A stretch of DNA of 64,000 nucleotides from Chrysomallon squamiferum (taxonomy: Eukaryota > Animalia > Mollusca). The DNA lies in NCBI GenBank assembly GCA_012295275.1, contig CM022665.1, positions 34,162,001 through 34,226,000 on the forward strand, given 5' to 3'. Of the stretch, positions 51,242 to 64,000 are shown piece after piece. Numbering within the stretch: the stretch's first letter is position 1; every line of letters starts with the position of its first letter. A model generated the notes under the pieces. It had not been told where the DNA came from, searched no databases, and worked only from the letters and a program-made list of their open reading frames with translations. Made by a program: the position numbers and the translations under genes.

Positions 51242-53414
51242 AGTTATGCATTAAATTATAGTTCTAATAATACTGTATCTGTTTTCATTTATAATGTGAT
51301 GTGAACTTTGAATGAATTTGTTTTCAACTTCTTTATTCTTTAAGTTGCAAATTTATCATTATTTATGGAAATAATAAAGCGAATATTTAGAAACCTATCA
51401 AAATGGTTTGTTGTCAAAAATTATTGCATTAACTACATGCACCAAGTTACACATGAAAAAATGACTTAATTTAACATGTGTCCATAAATATAATCTTGGA
51501 TATTTTGAATGTTTCAAGGTGGAAATTCATTACATGTAATTTGTCATTCATGATCAGTTTTCTAAGTTTCTTTTCTTTTATTTATTTATTTATTTTAATT
51601 AATTAATTTTATGTCTGTGTGTATTGTTTCTCTCTATTGCCAGTAGAGTATATTAATTTAAATACCACACACGGCAATTTCAGTAATAATAAATAATTAG
51701 TATTAAATAAAGGTTAGTATTTTGACATTCTACGAACTTAATATATCAGAATATTACTAACTGGTTTAATGAAATAAAATAAATTATAAAAAAAAAAATT
51801 CTTACAACTTCACCACTACCTGGAACAAAAGACAGTGAAATGCACTCTTTCTTGAGATCCACAGTATGACGTCACGATCAATGAGGTCATCAACCGATAT
51901 AAAAAGTTCAACAGATTTATATAATTGTGTATGACCTGTTTCACGAAATAATAATAATATATATAATTATAAATAAATTCACATATATCTCTGTTTTATG
52001 GAGTTTATTATCCACTATTCTTCACTGAAGTAACAGATTTATTTAGTTTATACCTGACATTTTAATAAAAATTTCAAATAAATAAATAAATAGTTCGTCA
52101 CTTATGAATGCGCCAGTTTTTCCATGTGGAAAATGGTCAGACCTTTTCTCTGTTAACAATACAGAGAAAAAAGAAATACTACTTAAATCTGTGAATATGT
52201 ATTATTTTCCGCAATTCAATCTTCTATAATAGATAAGCTAGGTCACAACTGAGTAAGAATGTTTTCAGAGTAGAAGAAGCACGTTTTTCTTTGAATGAAA
52301 GAAATTTCAAATAACTGTCAACAGGTAGGCTACAATATCAACAAAAGCAAATTTATAAATGTTAACGTTAAAATATGTTAAACAGAATGGTTAAAAATTG
52401 TCAATAATATATGGTGAATGTACACTGGTTTGATACTGTTTATAAGAAAGTTTAGTATGTATTTCACGGATAATTAATAATACTAAATGATCATAAATGA
52501 CAAAACCAAATCCACAACAAACGCATAAAAAATAAACACAAAAATCGTATAAGATTTTAATGTTAATTTTTAAACTACTGATAGTATTCAGGATCGATAC
52601 TTTTTCTTCTTTTTATTTTTTATTATTATTATTAATTGTAGTAGTAGTAGTATTTGTATTTGTATTTATTATTATGGGTTTTAAGTTACTTGACAGATGG
52701 CAGTAAAAATGTAACTGGGTAATTTGTATGCGCAACACTGAACAATTTACATGATAAACTCGCGCAGTGAACAAAGTCAACGCTGTGTGAGGGTCAGCGA
52801 ACGCTAATTTGTTCTAATTAGATATTTTACTACCGACCATCACATAGAGGACACATTTCTTATAACCCTTAGAAGAGTAACTTTGAACTTTCAGGAGTTT
52901 ACTAAGTAGATTAAGAAGAAAATAAAAACCAGACGTTGTTATTCAAATTGAGATTTCTCAGTTTTTCCTAATTAATATCTTCATGAATATGTCATCTTTA
53001 TTGGCTGACGTAAAGTATAAATGTACAGATAGTTCTATATCGTCACATGATTCTAGCGAAGAACAAAATTAGAGGCATTAATCCGTTAAAATGTTTATTT
53101 GGTAGTACCAAATAAATAATCAAAATTTCAAGTTGCTGCTGTATTTTTTTGTTGTTGTTGTTTTTTCTTTATTATTATTGTTATATAAGAATTACTAAAA
53201 TTAAAATATGGAAATAAAATAAAAGCTAACAAATATTGGTGGAAGTTGATATTTTCCTTTTTATCATCTGTGTGTGTGTGTGTGTGTCTAATCCTGCATG
53301 CTTAAGGCGTACTTTAATATAAAAAATCTTAACGTTCAAAATTTTATTATTTTATTCTAATACTTACATATTAATAAAAATAGATCGCTCGAAATTAAAT
53401 ATATACATATATAT

Positions 53415-54299
53415 CAGAGGTCTCGCTACGTACTTAAGAGATGTTGGGTCCGCCATCATTTACGGCTTACGACGAGTTCGCCCGCCATATGGCAGCAATA
53501 TCCGCCACCCGTTTATTTAGATTGGCTGTCATGCTATTGTTTTGCACTTTTAGTGTCAGCAGTTCACATATCTTGTCAAACATAATAGATGTAATCCGAA
53601 GCGGCGACTGTCATATTTACAAATTACCCCTTCTGACATTTCAAAGGAACGTAATTTGATTCCTCTGAAATTTGCTGCTACTCACGATGCCTGTGTAATC
53701 AAGGCTACTGTAGCAGACAGTGCATGGCTAAATTATTTCGCATGCATTTCAATGATCGCTACATTTTTTTTAAACATGCAACTGTATAAAGATACATAAA
53801 TATTTTAAAAATATTATCTTCGTCCTCCGAAAACAGATATAGGCTTGATCCACACAATATAAAATTAATTATTATTAACAGCGCATTGCTATTCTCATAA
53901 ATATTCATTATCACACTGCGTGGGGATCTTTTACTTTCAGAGCTATAAAAGCGATCTCACATTTCAAACACACACACACACACGTATATATAATATATAC
54001 AGGTTACAGAACAATATATATATATATATTATTTTGTAAAGAATATTATTCACAGAACAACCAGACAAAACTCGCCGACAACAGATAGTTTGATTTAATT
54101 TAATTGCAAATAAAATAAACTTGTTAATAGTGAATGCATTTGATGCAATTATTTATAGGAGTATTTTTGACAAACAAGTGATTTGAACATTGTTTAAAGT
54201 ACTTGTACCCTGAACATTTTCTGTACCACCCCTTCGTTTATCTTCCACCAGTTACGCCGACTCCCGCCATCCCTTTCACAAATGCCGGGGAAACCATTG
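53415..54299. mobile_element. Possible non-autonomous hAT-like element
   Basis: CpG-rich ends with weak inverted similarity (CAGAGGTCTCGC versus reverse complement CAATGGTTTCCC), flanked by microsatellite. No TSD resolved. Confidence 0.3.
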
Positions 54300-54343
54300 T
54301 GTGCGTGTGTGTGTGTGTGTGTGTATATGTATATATATATGTA

Positions 54344-54387
<44 letters not shown>
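54298..54387. repeat. Compound (TG)n/(TA)n microsatellite
   Basis: Read directly. Confidence 0.85.
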
Positions 54388-54390
<3 letters not shown>

Positions 54391-54501
54391 TAATAAAGTG
54401 TATTTTTTAAATGTTTAAGACTACTATGTTGATCAGTAATCTAGACATATAATGGTATAGTCTGATATGTAGAGCAAGTCAAAACTTCTTTCAGTTTAGA
54501 T

Positions 54502-54911
54502 CAGTGATTCTCAACCAGTGTGCTGCGATATTTTGAACGGCACATTAAGAAAATGCGAAAAACCACGTGATCCCAAAATAAAACAAACAGTAGCATGCAA
54601 GGTAAACACGAAAATATTCTCACTTCAACAGAGAAGTTAGTTGCCCTCAAAAAGAAAATTGTGATTTAGAAAAAAAGAACAATCACTGGCAATCTTGGTA
54701 TGTTCTCTTTACATTAGAGAAATGATTCCTATTGTGTTAACTCATCTGACAGCCCTGGACGAAAATATGTATGTGTTTATGACTAGTCTTTGTCTACGGT
54801 TGTATGCCGTCTATGACTTGCCATGTTTTTATTTTGCAAAATTCAAATATTTTTCTTATATATTTAGCTAGGTGTGCCGCTATTTTTTCATGTGTTCCAA
54901 GATGTGCTGTT
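54502..54911 (+). mobile_element. hAT Charlie/Buster-like deletion derivative
   Basis: Left end CAGTGATTCTCAACC. 8-bp direct repeat GTTTAGAT at 54494-54501 and 54912-54919. Internal fragment SMQGKHENILTSTEKLVALKKKIVI*KKR..GNLGMF resembles Buster transposases. The right TIR is lost. Confidence 0.6.
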
Positions 54912-55148
54912 GTTTAGATGAATGTTGCGCTGTTGGAAAAACAACTAAAATATATTTTGATATTATATAATCATACAAAGTCTAATAAAAGAAAGTATAA
55001 TATATATAAAGTTATATAACAGTAATGATGTTTTTTGTTTACATTTTCTTCTTCTTCTTTTTATTATTGTTCTTGTACTTATTATTATTAATTTTATTTT
55101 ATTTATTCAAATTTCTGTAAGCCACAGATATCCGAAGAATGCTCTAAA

Positions 55149-58100
55149 ATGGAGGAGGATATGAAAAAGAGACTGTCGGGTAGTCCACTGCATGACTACA
55201 TCGCTGGAGCGTTAGGAGGTATATCTCTTTCTATTAGTCAGAGAATGCGCTAAATCAGAGAACATGCATGTTTTAGCATTAGGAAAAAGAGAGACAATTT
55301 TGTCATTAATAGAGAACATTTTGCTCGTGTAATCGTGTATTATGAAGGTGGTGGAATGGGTTAAAAAAAAAGAAGGTTAAAACGGTACCGGATTGAATTT
55401 ATGATGAAAACAGATACTTGGATATCAGCAAATTGTCGAACCTAGGTAAATCGCAACCATTTCAAAAATAACCTAAATGAATAATAATTATTTTGTTTGT
55501 GTGGATACATCTGCTTATTTTCCAGCAATTCCTAGATTCACCTTAGTAATTTCTGATTTTTTTTGACGTTGATGGTAAAGCTGCTAATTCAAAAAAAAAA
55601 AAAAAAATAAATAAATAAAAAATTAAAGCTTCAAAAAAAGGTTCTATATCAACAGTTACTTCTTATCCAAAATCGTCTCTCAGTTTTCAGTTCTTGTCAT
55701 ATTTTCATATACGGATTGTTTCTCTACAAGGGTGATTAAGTAAAAGGTGCATCAGTATTTCAGCTTTTATTTATATTTTTAAAGATTATAAATAAAAGGT
55801 TAAATACATTTATTTCAAATGTTTATTAATCGGGTTGATTACCCCAAGAATCCGACCAGAAAGTGTTCTATTTTCACTAGGAGAAGTCCCGTTGGACGGG
55901 AATTCGATCCTGCTGCCTTTTGATCACCTAATTTGGTGAGTACGTTAGACGATCTTTCTTTTACAGATTTCACAGTGCACGCTTAGAACTTTGCGGTTGT
56001 TGTTATCTTACTTTACTGAATACAAAATACAACTGCAAACTGCAATGTGACTTCATCGTTTGGATTTCCTTGTGTAACTTTGTTCCTGAATGGATTTTCA
56101 AAATTAAGAAAGTAAAATAACTCATTTAAAATACTAAATTTAATAGATTTATTGTATTATTCATCAAGTATAAATGACAGTATTTTTGTGTTAAGGTGGT
56201 GCAGGAATTCTTATTGGACACCCCTTTGATACTGTGAAAGTAAGTAGAATGTGTTCCGTAACATTTTTCAAAGACATTTTAAACTAAGAATGGGTTCTTC
56301 TCGTGTTAAATATAAAATTGTTGCCACCTTTTAATTAATATATTTTGCCTATTTTTGATGATTCTATCCCATCTTGTCGAAGTCATAAATAAATCACTCA
56401 TCCCATTCACGGTACCCTCAAATAAGACAATGGACTAGGCCACATGGTCGAGTGTCGTCCCATCCAATCAAATCCCATGTACCGGCCACAGAGGAACAAC
56501 AAAACAAGTTGAATTTGCGTATTTGTGTATTTAATATTCAAGCACTATATTCAGGGATACTGTGTTCAGATACACTATCATCATCCTAGTTACGAAGTTC
56601 AAGTTTCACGAGGTGTCCAACTGCATCGAGGTACTGGAGAGGTGTCTTGGCTCCAGCCTGCAACTGTCTCTTGAGACGTCCTAGCCGGTTGTCACATTCC
56701 CTGTACATTCGCTTCCTGGGTGGAGCTGCACCTGAATTATTTTGTCCCGCTCTGCCTTCTCGATTCCTTGGATGAGGTCTACAAACTTGTAGATGTTGGG
56801 GTGCTGGTGGGGTAGAGCTCTGTTGAGCCTTGAATGGAACCCTTCCAAGTTGTTGTTTGTCCTGGGTCCTGTGGTGGCAGAGTGGTTCCACAAGAGAACA
56901 GGAAAGCGGGAGTCATCGTCCACCCAGTTTGTCACCGTGTAATCGTTCATCTCGACTGCTCTTGGCTTCCAATCAGGCACCCTGGACCTCAGCAATCGGA
57001 AGCAGTGGCAGTGCTGCAGCTCGTCGGATCCACGTCTGCACGTCTGGGTCGTTCTTGTGCAGGATGGCTAGTCCGAGGTCAGCGGTCTTGCGCCACACAG
57101 CCTGGCAGAAGTGGAAGAAGCAGCCTTTCAGCACAGCACGTGGAAAAACCTGCTCAAGAGCCCGGATGGAAGCCATCTCGAAGTCCGTTTGGCATACGGG
57201 GACCAAACAATCCATGCACAATGTACACTTGGTCCCACAAACCAGGGCAAGAGGAGAAACGTCCATGTAGATCGTCTCGGCCGCCTGTAGATTTCTTACC
57301 TGATCATCGGTTGAGAATACCACCATTTTGTCAGCATCTCCATCCGTGAACAAGAGGAAGCGCTTCCCATCTTTGTTTGTGTCCAGGGTCCTTGTAGGTC
57401 CAGTTCTTCTCTGGAGGCTGGGAGGACGGGGATGGTGGTTTTACGATAACGGTACAAGGCGCTCTTCACACTGTGGAAGGTAGGCAAGACGGGAACGCGG
57501 GCAATCTCATCGTTGTAGATCTGTTGCATGGTTGCATCGCTTGCGGATGGTGCTCATGAAACGAATGGCAGTCTCGTTATCGGGTGGGTGATCGTGCCCA
57601 AAGGAATTGCGAACATAGTCGCCAACAGTGGTAACTTTCCCCTTGCATGGCCTGTCAACGCACCTCCAGTAAACACTGTCAGCATTCGATCGGTTCTTAC
57701 TGTACAGATACCCATCAAGTAAGACCTATGGTTGACCACGAGCAGACTGGACGTATTCCACTTTCCTCAGACCCGCCATACTGATAACTATAGGTACCGT
57801 CTTGATCACAGCCTTCTAACCCAGTTTGAGACAATTCTACTAATTTGCGAATAAGAAGTGTTGACTACTAATTTGCTTTCATGAGTAGGATTCACCGCAA
57901 TGGATTAATAAACAAAACAAACCAGAGAAGACTGGCTAAACAAAACACTGTAAGGCAAGGGAGGATTCACCAATTTGAAAAACAATTAAACATGACACGG
58001 GATGCAATTGAAAATGTTAAACAAGCTAATGAAGATTTGATCAACAGGCTAAAGAAAACAATGTGAAACAAAGGAAGATTAACCAATTTTCCAAAAAAAG

Positions 58101-58518
58101 ATCGCACAAGATTCGATTGTTTTTAACTGACAGAGAAGATTGGATTAATAGGCTAAACAAAACAATTTGTGAAACAAAGGAGGATTAACCAATGTTCAAG
58201 AAATAAAAGAAACACAAGACACAAAACAAATAATACATTTACCGCATTGGATTAGCCCATTCAGCAGCGAGGTAGGGTCAGGTTGTTATTCCTGTATTAA
58301 TTTCGACAAAATGGGATTCGGCAAGATGGGACAACACCATTTTTGAAGGCAAAATTAGGATCACACCTCATCGCCAATTTCAAACGAAAAAGATTAACTT
58401 GAGCATGTAAATAACTGTTAAATTTGTTTTCTAATATAATACAGTTTACTTCTGTTTTACTCTCAGGGATGCCTAGAGCTAGTCTGTTGATTCGTACCTA
58501 TTTAATAACATACACACA

Positions 58519-58558
<40 letters not shown>

Positions 58559-59291
58559 CTCTCTCTCTTTCTTTCTGTCACTTTGGGGTATTAAAATATT
58601 TTATTATCATCTCAACAGTTTATTAGTATTAGTTCAAAAAACAAGAGAAGACACATGTTTCCCACTTTAATGTTTTATTATATCTTTGAAATATGCTTGT
58701 GACAATATTAACAGGTACAACTACAGACACAGGCTGGGAAATTTTCTTACTCTGGGACAGTGGACGCAATGAAAAATGTCAATTCATATGGCTTGGTAAG
58801 AGGAGTGGTAACTGAATAGATGTCTCAGAAACAAACGAACAAACAAACAAATGATAACAATAATAACAATAATAATAATAATAATAATTAATTGGATTCA
58901 GTCAGAACTATAAGGGAGTATTCAAAGATGCTGAGTTAAAACGAGTGATAGGGGACGAAAATTAAACATTACGAATACGCTTATTTCACATATTCATTAA
59001 TCATGTAGACAATGAAACATTAATTTTAGCTTCAGCAGAATAATGAAAGATATAATATTTATGCTTTTTCTTACAATTGTTTTGTTTGTCACAAAGATTT
59101 TAAATATGCGATATGTAGCATACAATATCAATGAGAGTCGTATCGCCACAATTAGAACGTCCTATTTCCTATTAAAAATTATAAACTCGACCAGTGTACA
59201 GCAAAATATGATACTAGAGTTCTGTCCCTTAGCTGCTTTTCTTTCTAAAGTTTTAATTAATTTTTTTTAAAATATTTACCCTGTATAATGT

Positions 59292-59327
<36 letters not shown>

Positions 59328-61584
59328 TAATTTTTAATATTGTATGCTGGATATGGTATTATGAGAGCTCATTATATTAAACTGCTTTAACTCGATTTAA
59401 TTGGCTTAATGTCTTACTATATATTTATTTATTTATTTTAATTAATTTATTTTTTAGTATTATTAAAAAAAATATATATATAATAATAATAAATAAAAAT
59501 ATTTTAATTTCTGCTTTTTATGTCATACCTGCTGTCGCTTGTCTGGTGTATTTTAAACATATTTTACTTTGTTCTTTAACTTCAGTTAAATGATATATTA
59601 TTGTATGCCATGCTTATACCTCGGAGATGGGAATTTGCACTCATAAAAGAATACAAATGCAGTTTGTTTTTTTACTTGAAAGAAAGTAAGCGATGCATGG
59701 ATAGGTTTGCCTTCTGTCAAACCGTTTGTAAACTCAATTTAAAAAAAATAATAAAATAAAAACTATAAAAGATAAAAAAAAAAATTCATAGTTTTATTTA
59801 TGATCGATTGATTGATTTTGTTGTGAGGATAATTGCTGGGTGTTGTTTATTAAAAGTTCTAATAATTTAACTCGTGTGTGTTTGTATTAACATTGTTATA
59901 AGACCAATTTTCAAAACTCACATTAAAAAATTATTTTGAAATATGAGTTTAAGGCAACAAGAACGCAGTAAATAAAATTAAATATTCGACTTAGTCTAAA
60001 ATAATAATGTCTTCATCTGCAAACATTAAAATCGATCGTGGTGGGGGAAGAAAAGGAACATATTTGTAGCGAGAAATTAGTGTTGAAAGACGTACAACTT
60101 TGTTAATACAGTGTCCGTGTTGAAATATTTATTATATTAGAATTATGTAAAGGGTTTCTAGTCATAACAATTATTCTGTGATAAAGGTTAGAGCATTTTT
60201 CACAAATATTCATTGAATCACAGCATTCTTCTTATATCAAACGTATTTTTAATTTAGAAAAGAAAGAAAAAGAAAAAAAAAGAAGAAGAAAACCTATATT
60301 ATATGAACATTAATACTAAAGAGTTAAGCGAGGAAGAAGACAACAAAATAATTGTGGTATCCTTAATTTCTTTTTTTACCTGTGTTCTACACAGATGCGA
60401 GGTACTTTCCGAGGAATGTCATGGCCTCTCTTATCATATGGTATTGTCAATGCGGTCTTCTTTGGTGTGTATGGAAATAGTCTAAAGCTTTTGCAGTGGG
60501 TGAGAAAAGATGAAGATCGCATTTCGAATATGGATATTTTCCTTTCTGGATGCTTGGCAGGGGCCGCCTCAGTCATGTTTGGCTGTCCCATTGACCTCTT
60601 TAAGGTCGTTCTTCAGTCCCAGATCCCACACGAGATTACTTCATCCGGTAAGACGGGTTAAGCAATACGCATGTCTTCCGTATGTTGCCAGTTAGAGGCA
60701 AATACAATCGTTCAGATGGCTAATTCAGGATATTTTATTAATTATTAATTAATTTTTTTTTTTTTTTTTTTTTTCCATCATTTCGCCTACTTTCTTTCAT
60801 ATTAAAATATGGAGTATATCCCCCAACCCTTTGTATACTAGCATGTTTTACTTACGATCCAACAGTGATATTAAGAAAAAAATAAGTAAAATAAAACATT
60901 TTAAAAAGTAAAGAAATCGGGAAAGTTACACCTGTAACATGAAAATAACGATCAAATAATTTAATATAAAAACATGAAAACAAAAAAACCCACCTTAACA
61001 ATGCAAATTATATTCACCTTCAGTTTCAACTTAATTATAATAACAATATATTCTTTGTTAAAAGAAACGCTGAATGATAACTTCTTATTTGATTGTTTAT
61101 TTTCACAGGTGGGCATGTAACATATCGTGTTGGAAAATTCTATAAAGGACCCTGGGAATGTGCAGTGGACCTGTTTAGAAAGAATGGAATTAGAGGTTGG
61201 TACAAAGGCTTGGTCGCAATGCTCTATCGCGATGTGCCATCATTTGGTCTATACTGTTCTGTGTATGAGTATCTCAGTAGCCAGATGCACAGATACCAAT
61301 GGACAGATTCAAGAGGAATTACTTCAAGTATTGTAGCGGGAGGTTGTGCGGGTATTTCCGCATGGGTCGTAGTAATGCCCCTTGATTTCGTTAAAAGTCG
61401 TCTGCAGTCAGACGTTCAAGGAAAATACAAAGGCATCATAGACTGTTTTAAAAAGAGCGCTGAAAGCGAAGGAATTCGTGTTTTATTCAGGGGAACTCTA
61501 ATAACGTGTCTGAGAGCATTTCCAGTAAACGCAACAACATTTTTAGTTTACTCACAAACTCTACAGTATCTCTCCTACCTTTAG
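55149..61584 (+). CDS. SLC25A45: Mitochondrial carrier of the SLC25A45/SLC25A48/SLC25A29 group, 307 aa
   Basis: Exons 55149-55218, 56196-56239, 58715-58795, 60395-60647 and 61109-61584 total 924 nt, in phase. Three carrier signatures: PFDTVKVQLQ, PIDLFKVVLQ, PLDFVKSRLQ. Also FRGMSWPL...VNAVFFGVY, RDVPSFGLY and RAFPVNATTF. The family is secure; the exact orthologue is not. Confidence 0.85.
56360..58338 (-). mobile_element. Mutator-like (MULE) transposon with frameshifted transposase, in carrier-gene intron 2
   Basis: Ends GATTCTATCCCATCTTGTCGAA / TTCGGCAAGATGGGACAACACC. 9-bp TSD with one mismatch: ATTTTTGAT at 56351-56359 and ATTTTTGAA at 58339-58347. MULE motifs DFEMASIRALEQVFP...GCFFHFCQAVWRK and RTNNNLEGFHSRLN are spread over several frames (about 57779-56586). 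Confidence 0.9.
58512..58575. repeat. (CA)n(CT)n microsatellite
   Basis: Read directly. Confidence 0.85.
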
Positions 61585-62631
61585 ATTATATTAATCATAG
61601 ACATATCCTTTAATACTGAGATATGCGATATATATATATATATACATACATACATTTTGAATATATTAATTCGTATTTCGTTACTGATCAATTTTTTTTT
61701 TTCAAAACTGTTATTAGATTTAGTTAGGGCATACTCGTTTTAAATAGGTAATAAATATTATTAACATCCACATTAAGTGTTATTTACGGTTGCTGTTTTT
61801 GTTCATTAATGATGTGATTACCTTCTCAGCCAAATTAATATGCAGTTCTTGAAGGACACTCGCACAAAGCTTTAGACATGTACAAATCCCAACATATAAT
61901 CAAGGGTTTTCTCTGTATTCAGTTTAGCACTCAATAAAGTAAAACAAATAAATAAAAAATAATTTAAAAAAGTTACAAAAAGAATAAATTAAGAATTATT
62001 ATTATTTTTTTGTTTTGTTTAAACCAACAAAAACCACCTAAAAACAACAACAACAACCCATTGTTATTTGTCTAAAATAACTGGAAGATGCTAAAATATT
62101 ATTCAGAAATACTAAAATGAGAAATGTGATGAAGGAATCTCGACATTTTGTTATTAAAATTATTTTATTAGATATCATTTGTGGATTTTTTATTTTTTGT
62201 GTGAAAATTGTGTGTTGTGTTTTATTTTATTTTCATCTCTATTTTTTATTATTATTATTTTTTTTAACCTGATAATTCTGGTTATTTAAATCTTCAATTC
62301 TTTATTCAATAAAAAAATTCATATGTACTTCTGAGAATCTCTAGAAGCATGTCTTTATGATATCACTGCAAAAATTATGAAACTGCAGTATATCACGCGA
62401 TCATTATATTTACGGAGTATGATATTCAATATTTATAATATTCTAACGAGCAGTTTCAGAAATTATGTTTTGCATATTTGTAGATAAATTTTAAAGTTTT
62501 AATATGTACATTATCAAATAGAAGACGCAAATTAAATAAATAAATTAATAATAATAATAATAACAACAACAATAATAGTAATACAACAGTGTATATTTCC
62601 AAATAAGTAATAACTTTATAAAACAAATCTA

Positions 62632-63213
62632 TCAACGAAAATTGATTCCATTATTTCTGCGGTTTATCTTCACGATACCCATTCTGCTGCAAGTTCAAAA
62701 AAAAAAAAAATATATATATATATTTAAATATTCTTCAAAATAGTCAAATTAAAAACATATTGAAAATTATTAACATTGTCATAATCACCGTTTATATTGC
62801 TATTATTATTATTATTAAGACGTACGAATGATTATTTATAGGCTTTGTAATTAGAAAAACAAGAGGTACAAATAACTACTCGTCTAAATATTTGTCCCGA
62901 CACGTTTGGCTTTAACCTTTTTATTTTTTTTATTTTTTTATTTTTTTACGTCGACAATGCACTTCTTGGTTAGGTTTATGAAGTGCAATCGCTTATAATC
63001 ACAATTAATAAAAACAGTGGTAATTCAAACGAACAAGTTAAAGTGGCTTACCTAACATCAACTAAACCTTCTTCATCCAGCATCTCACTGAGTACATTAG
63101 TTAGATAGTTAGCTTGTCGTTCTTTTAGGACGACAGTTAGTGCCTATGGTGATAAAAAACGTAGATGTGTTACTGTAAAATATAGAACTCCCTAAAATTC
63201 CTTTCTACTGTAA

Positions 63214-63277
<64 letters not shown>

Positions 63278-63782
63278 TTATTATTTTTATTATTTTTAAC
63301 CGTACAGAAGTGATCATTATAACAGATTCTTAATTTGTTTTTCCTGTAACATACCCACCTCCAAAGATCGGATGAAATCGAAAGGAGTAATCTTAGAACC
63401 TGGCACTTTATTTTTAAAATAACTGATATAGTCAATGTTCTTATCTCTTAAATAACATTTTATGAAGCATAAGACATTTCCTTTGTTCATTTTATCAGCT
63501 GGAATTCCAAATATTACGTCTGTGTTCGCAGAGATGAAAAACAAATGAAAATACAACATTAAATACACATACATAAAAAGCCTAAATATTAATGAGACAA
63601 GACCTATTTTTGAATTTATATGGATCTTTGTTTTTATGAAAGTAAATAAACAGACTTTTGTTTATAAGCTATCTCGAAAGACAAAATAATATAATAAAAC
63701 AAAATAAAATAAATAAAAAATAATTAATAAACACAAACATTCGAAAACTTCATCTTTAAAATAAGTTTTATTACTGCTTACA

Positions 63783-63820
<38 letters not shown>

Positions 63821-64000
63821 GCCCGAATATTTATTTATAATTTTTAGACATGAATGTTATTTTAATACAATTACTTTGTTCATTTTCTGCCTTTCGAAGA
63901 GCGAAGTCTCCCTAAAACAACGCCATGTTTAATTATAACCGGTCTTGTTTTCAAAAATTCATTTTTCTGTTGAATAAAACTATCATCCACTTCCACGAAC
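62632..64000 (-). CDS. 3' end of a gene entering from the right edge, with an LRRC74A-like C-terminus and a degenerate EF-hand-like region
   Basis: In-phase exons 64000-63891 (GC donor), 63519-63359, 63143-63052 and 62686-62632. Translation: FVEVDDSFIQQKNEFLKTRPVIIKHGVVLGRLRSSK|DVIFG...NVLCFIKCYLRDKNIDYISYFKNKVPGSKITPFDFIRSLE|ALTVVLKERQANYLTNVLSEMLDEEGLVDV|SRMGIVKINRRNNGINFR*. The resemblance to LRRC74A is from memory. Confidence 0.6.
63215..63275. repeat. (TTA)n microsatellite in an intron
   Basis: Read directly. Confidence 0.9.

Noticed and set aside
56830-57349. Long plus-strand ORFs of 146 and 171 aa
   Set aside because: Antisense shadows of the GC-rich MULE transposase.
57881-58066. 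61-aa coiled-coil-looking ORF
   Set aside because: It lies in the repetitive subterminal region of the MULE element, with no independent support.
63205-63435. ORF with a poly-Asn tail
   Set aside because: Translation of an intronic (TAA)n microsatellite.

Overview
This is AT-rich eukaryotic genomic DNA with GT-AG introns, microsatellites and decayed DNA transposons. An invertebrate animal is inferred; the taxon cannot be fixed from the sequence alone. I spliced the genes by hand. From left to right they are: the 5' half of EEF1G (-); calcineurin B/PPP3R1 (+, 170 aa, head-to-head with EEF1G); JKAMP (-, 305 aa); NEK2 (+, 460 aa, Nek2A-type C-terminus); NDUFB1 (-, 61 aa); an unidentified 148-aa ORF (+); an SLC25A45/48-like mitochondrial carrier (+, 307 aa); and the 3' end of an LRRC74-like gene (-). 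Introns and intergenic space hold Tc1, pogo-like, hAT and MULE elements and MITEs, several with visible TIRs and TSDs. The top finding is a 51-aa single-transmembrane microprotein ORF, too short for the ORF track. It fills the exon directly upstream of NDUFB1 and looks like the first cistron of a bicistronic, leaky-scanning mRNA. Other leads are competing long-range RNA duplexes, a tandem donor and a candidate poison microexon in calcineurin B intron 4, plus a possible 61-aa N-terminal extension and a Nek2B-like isoform of NEK2. All homology calls come from recalled family sequences, not database searches.
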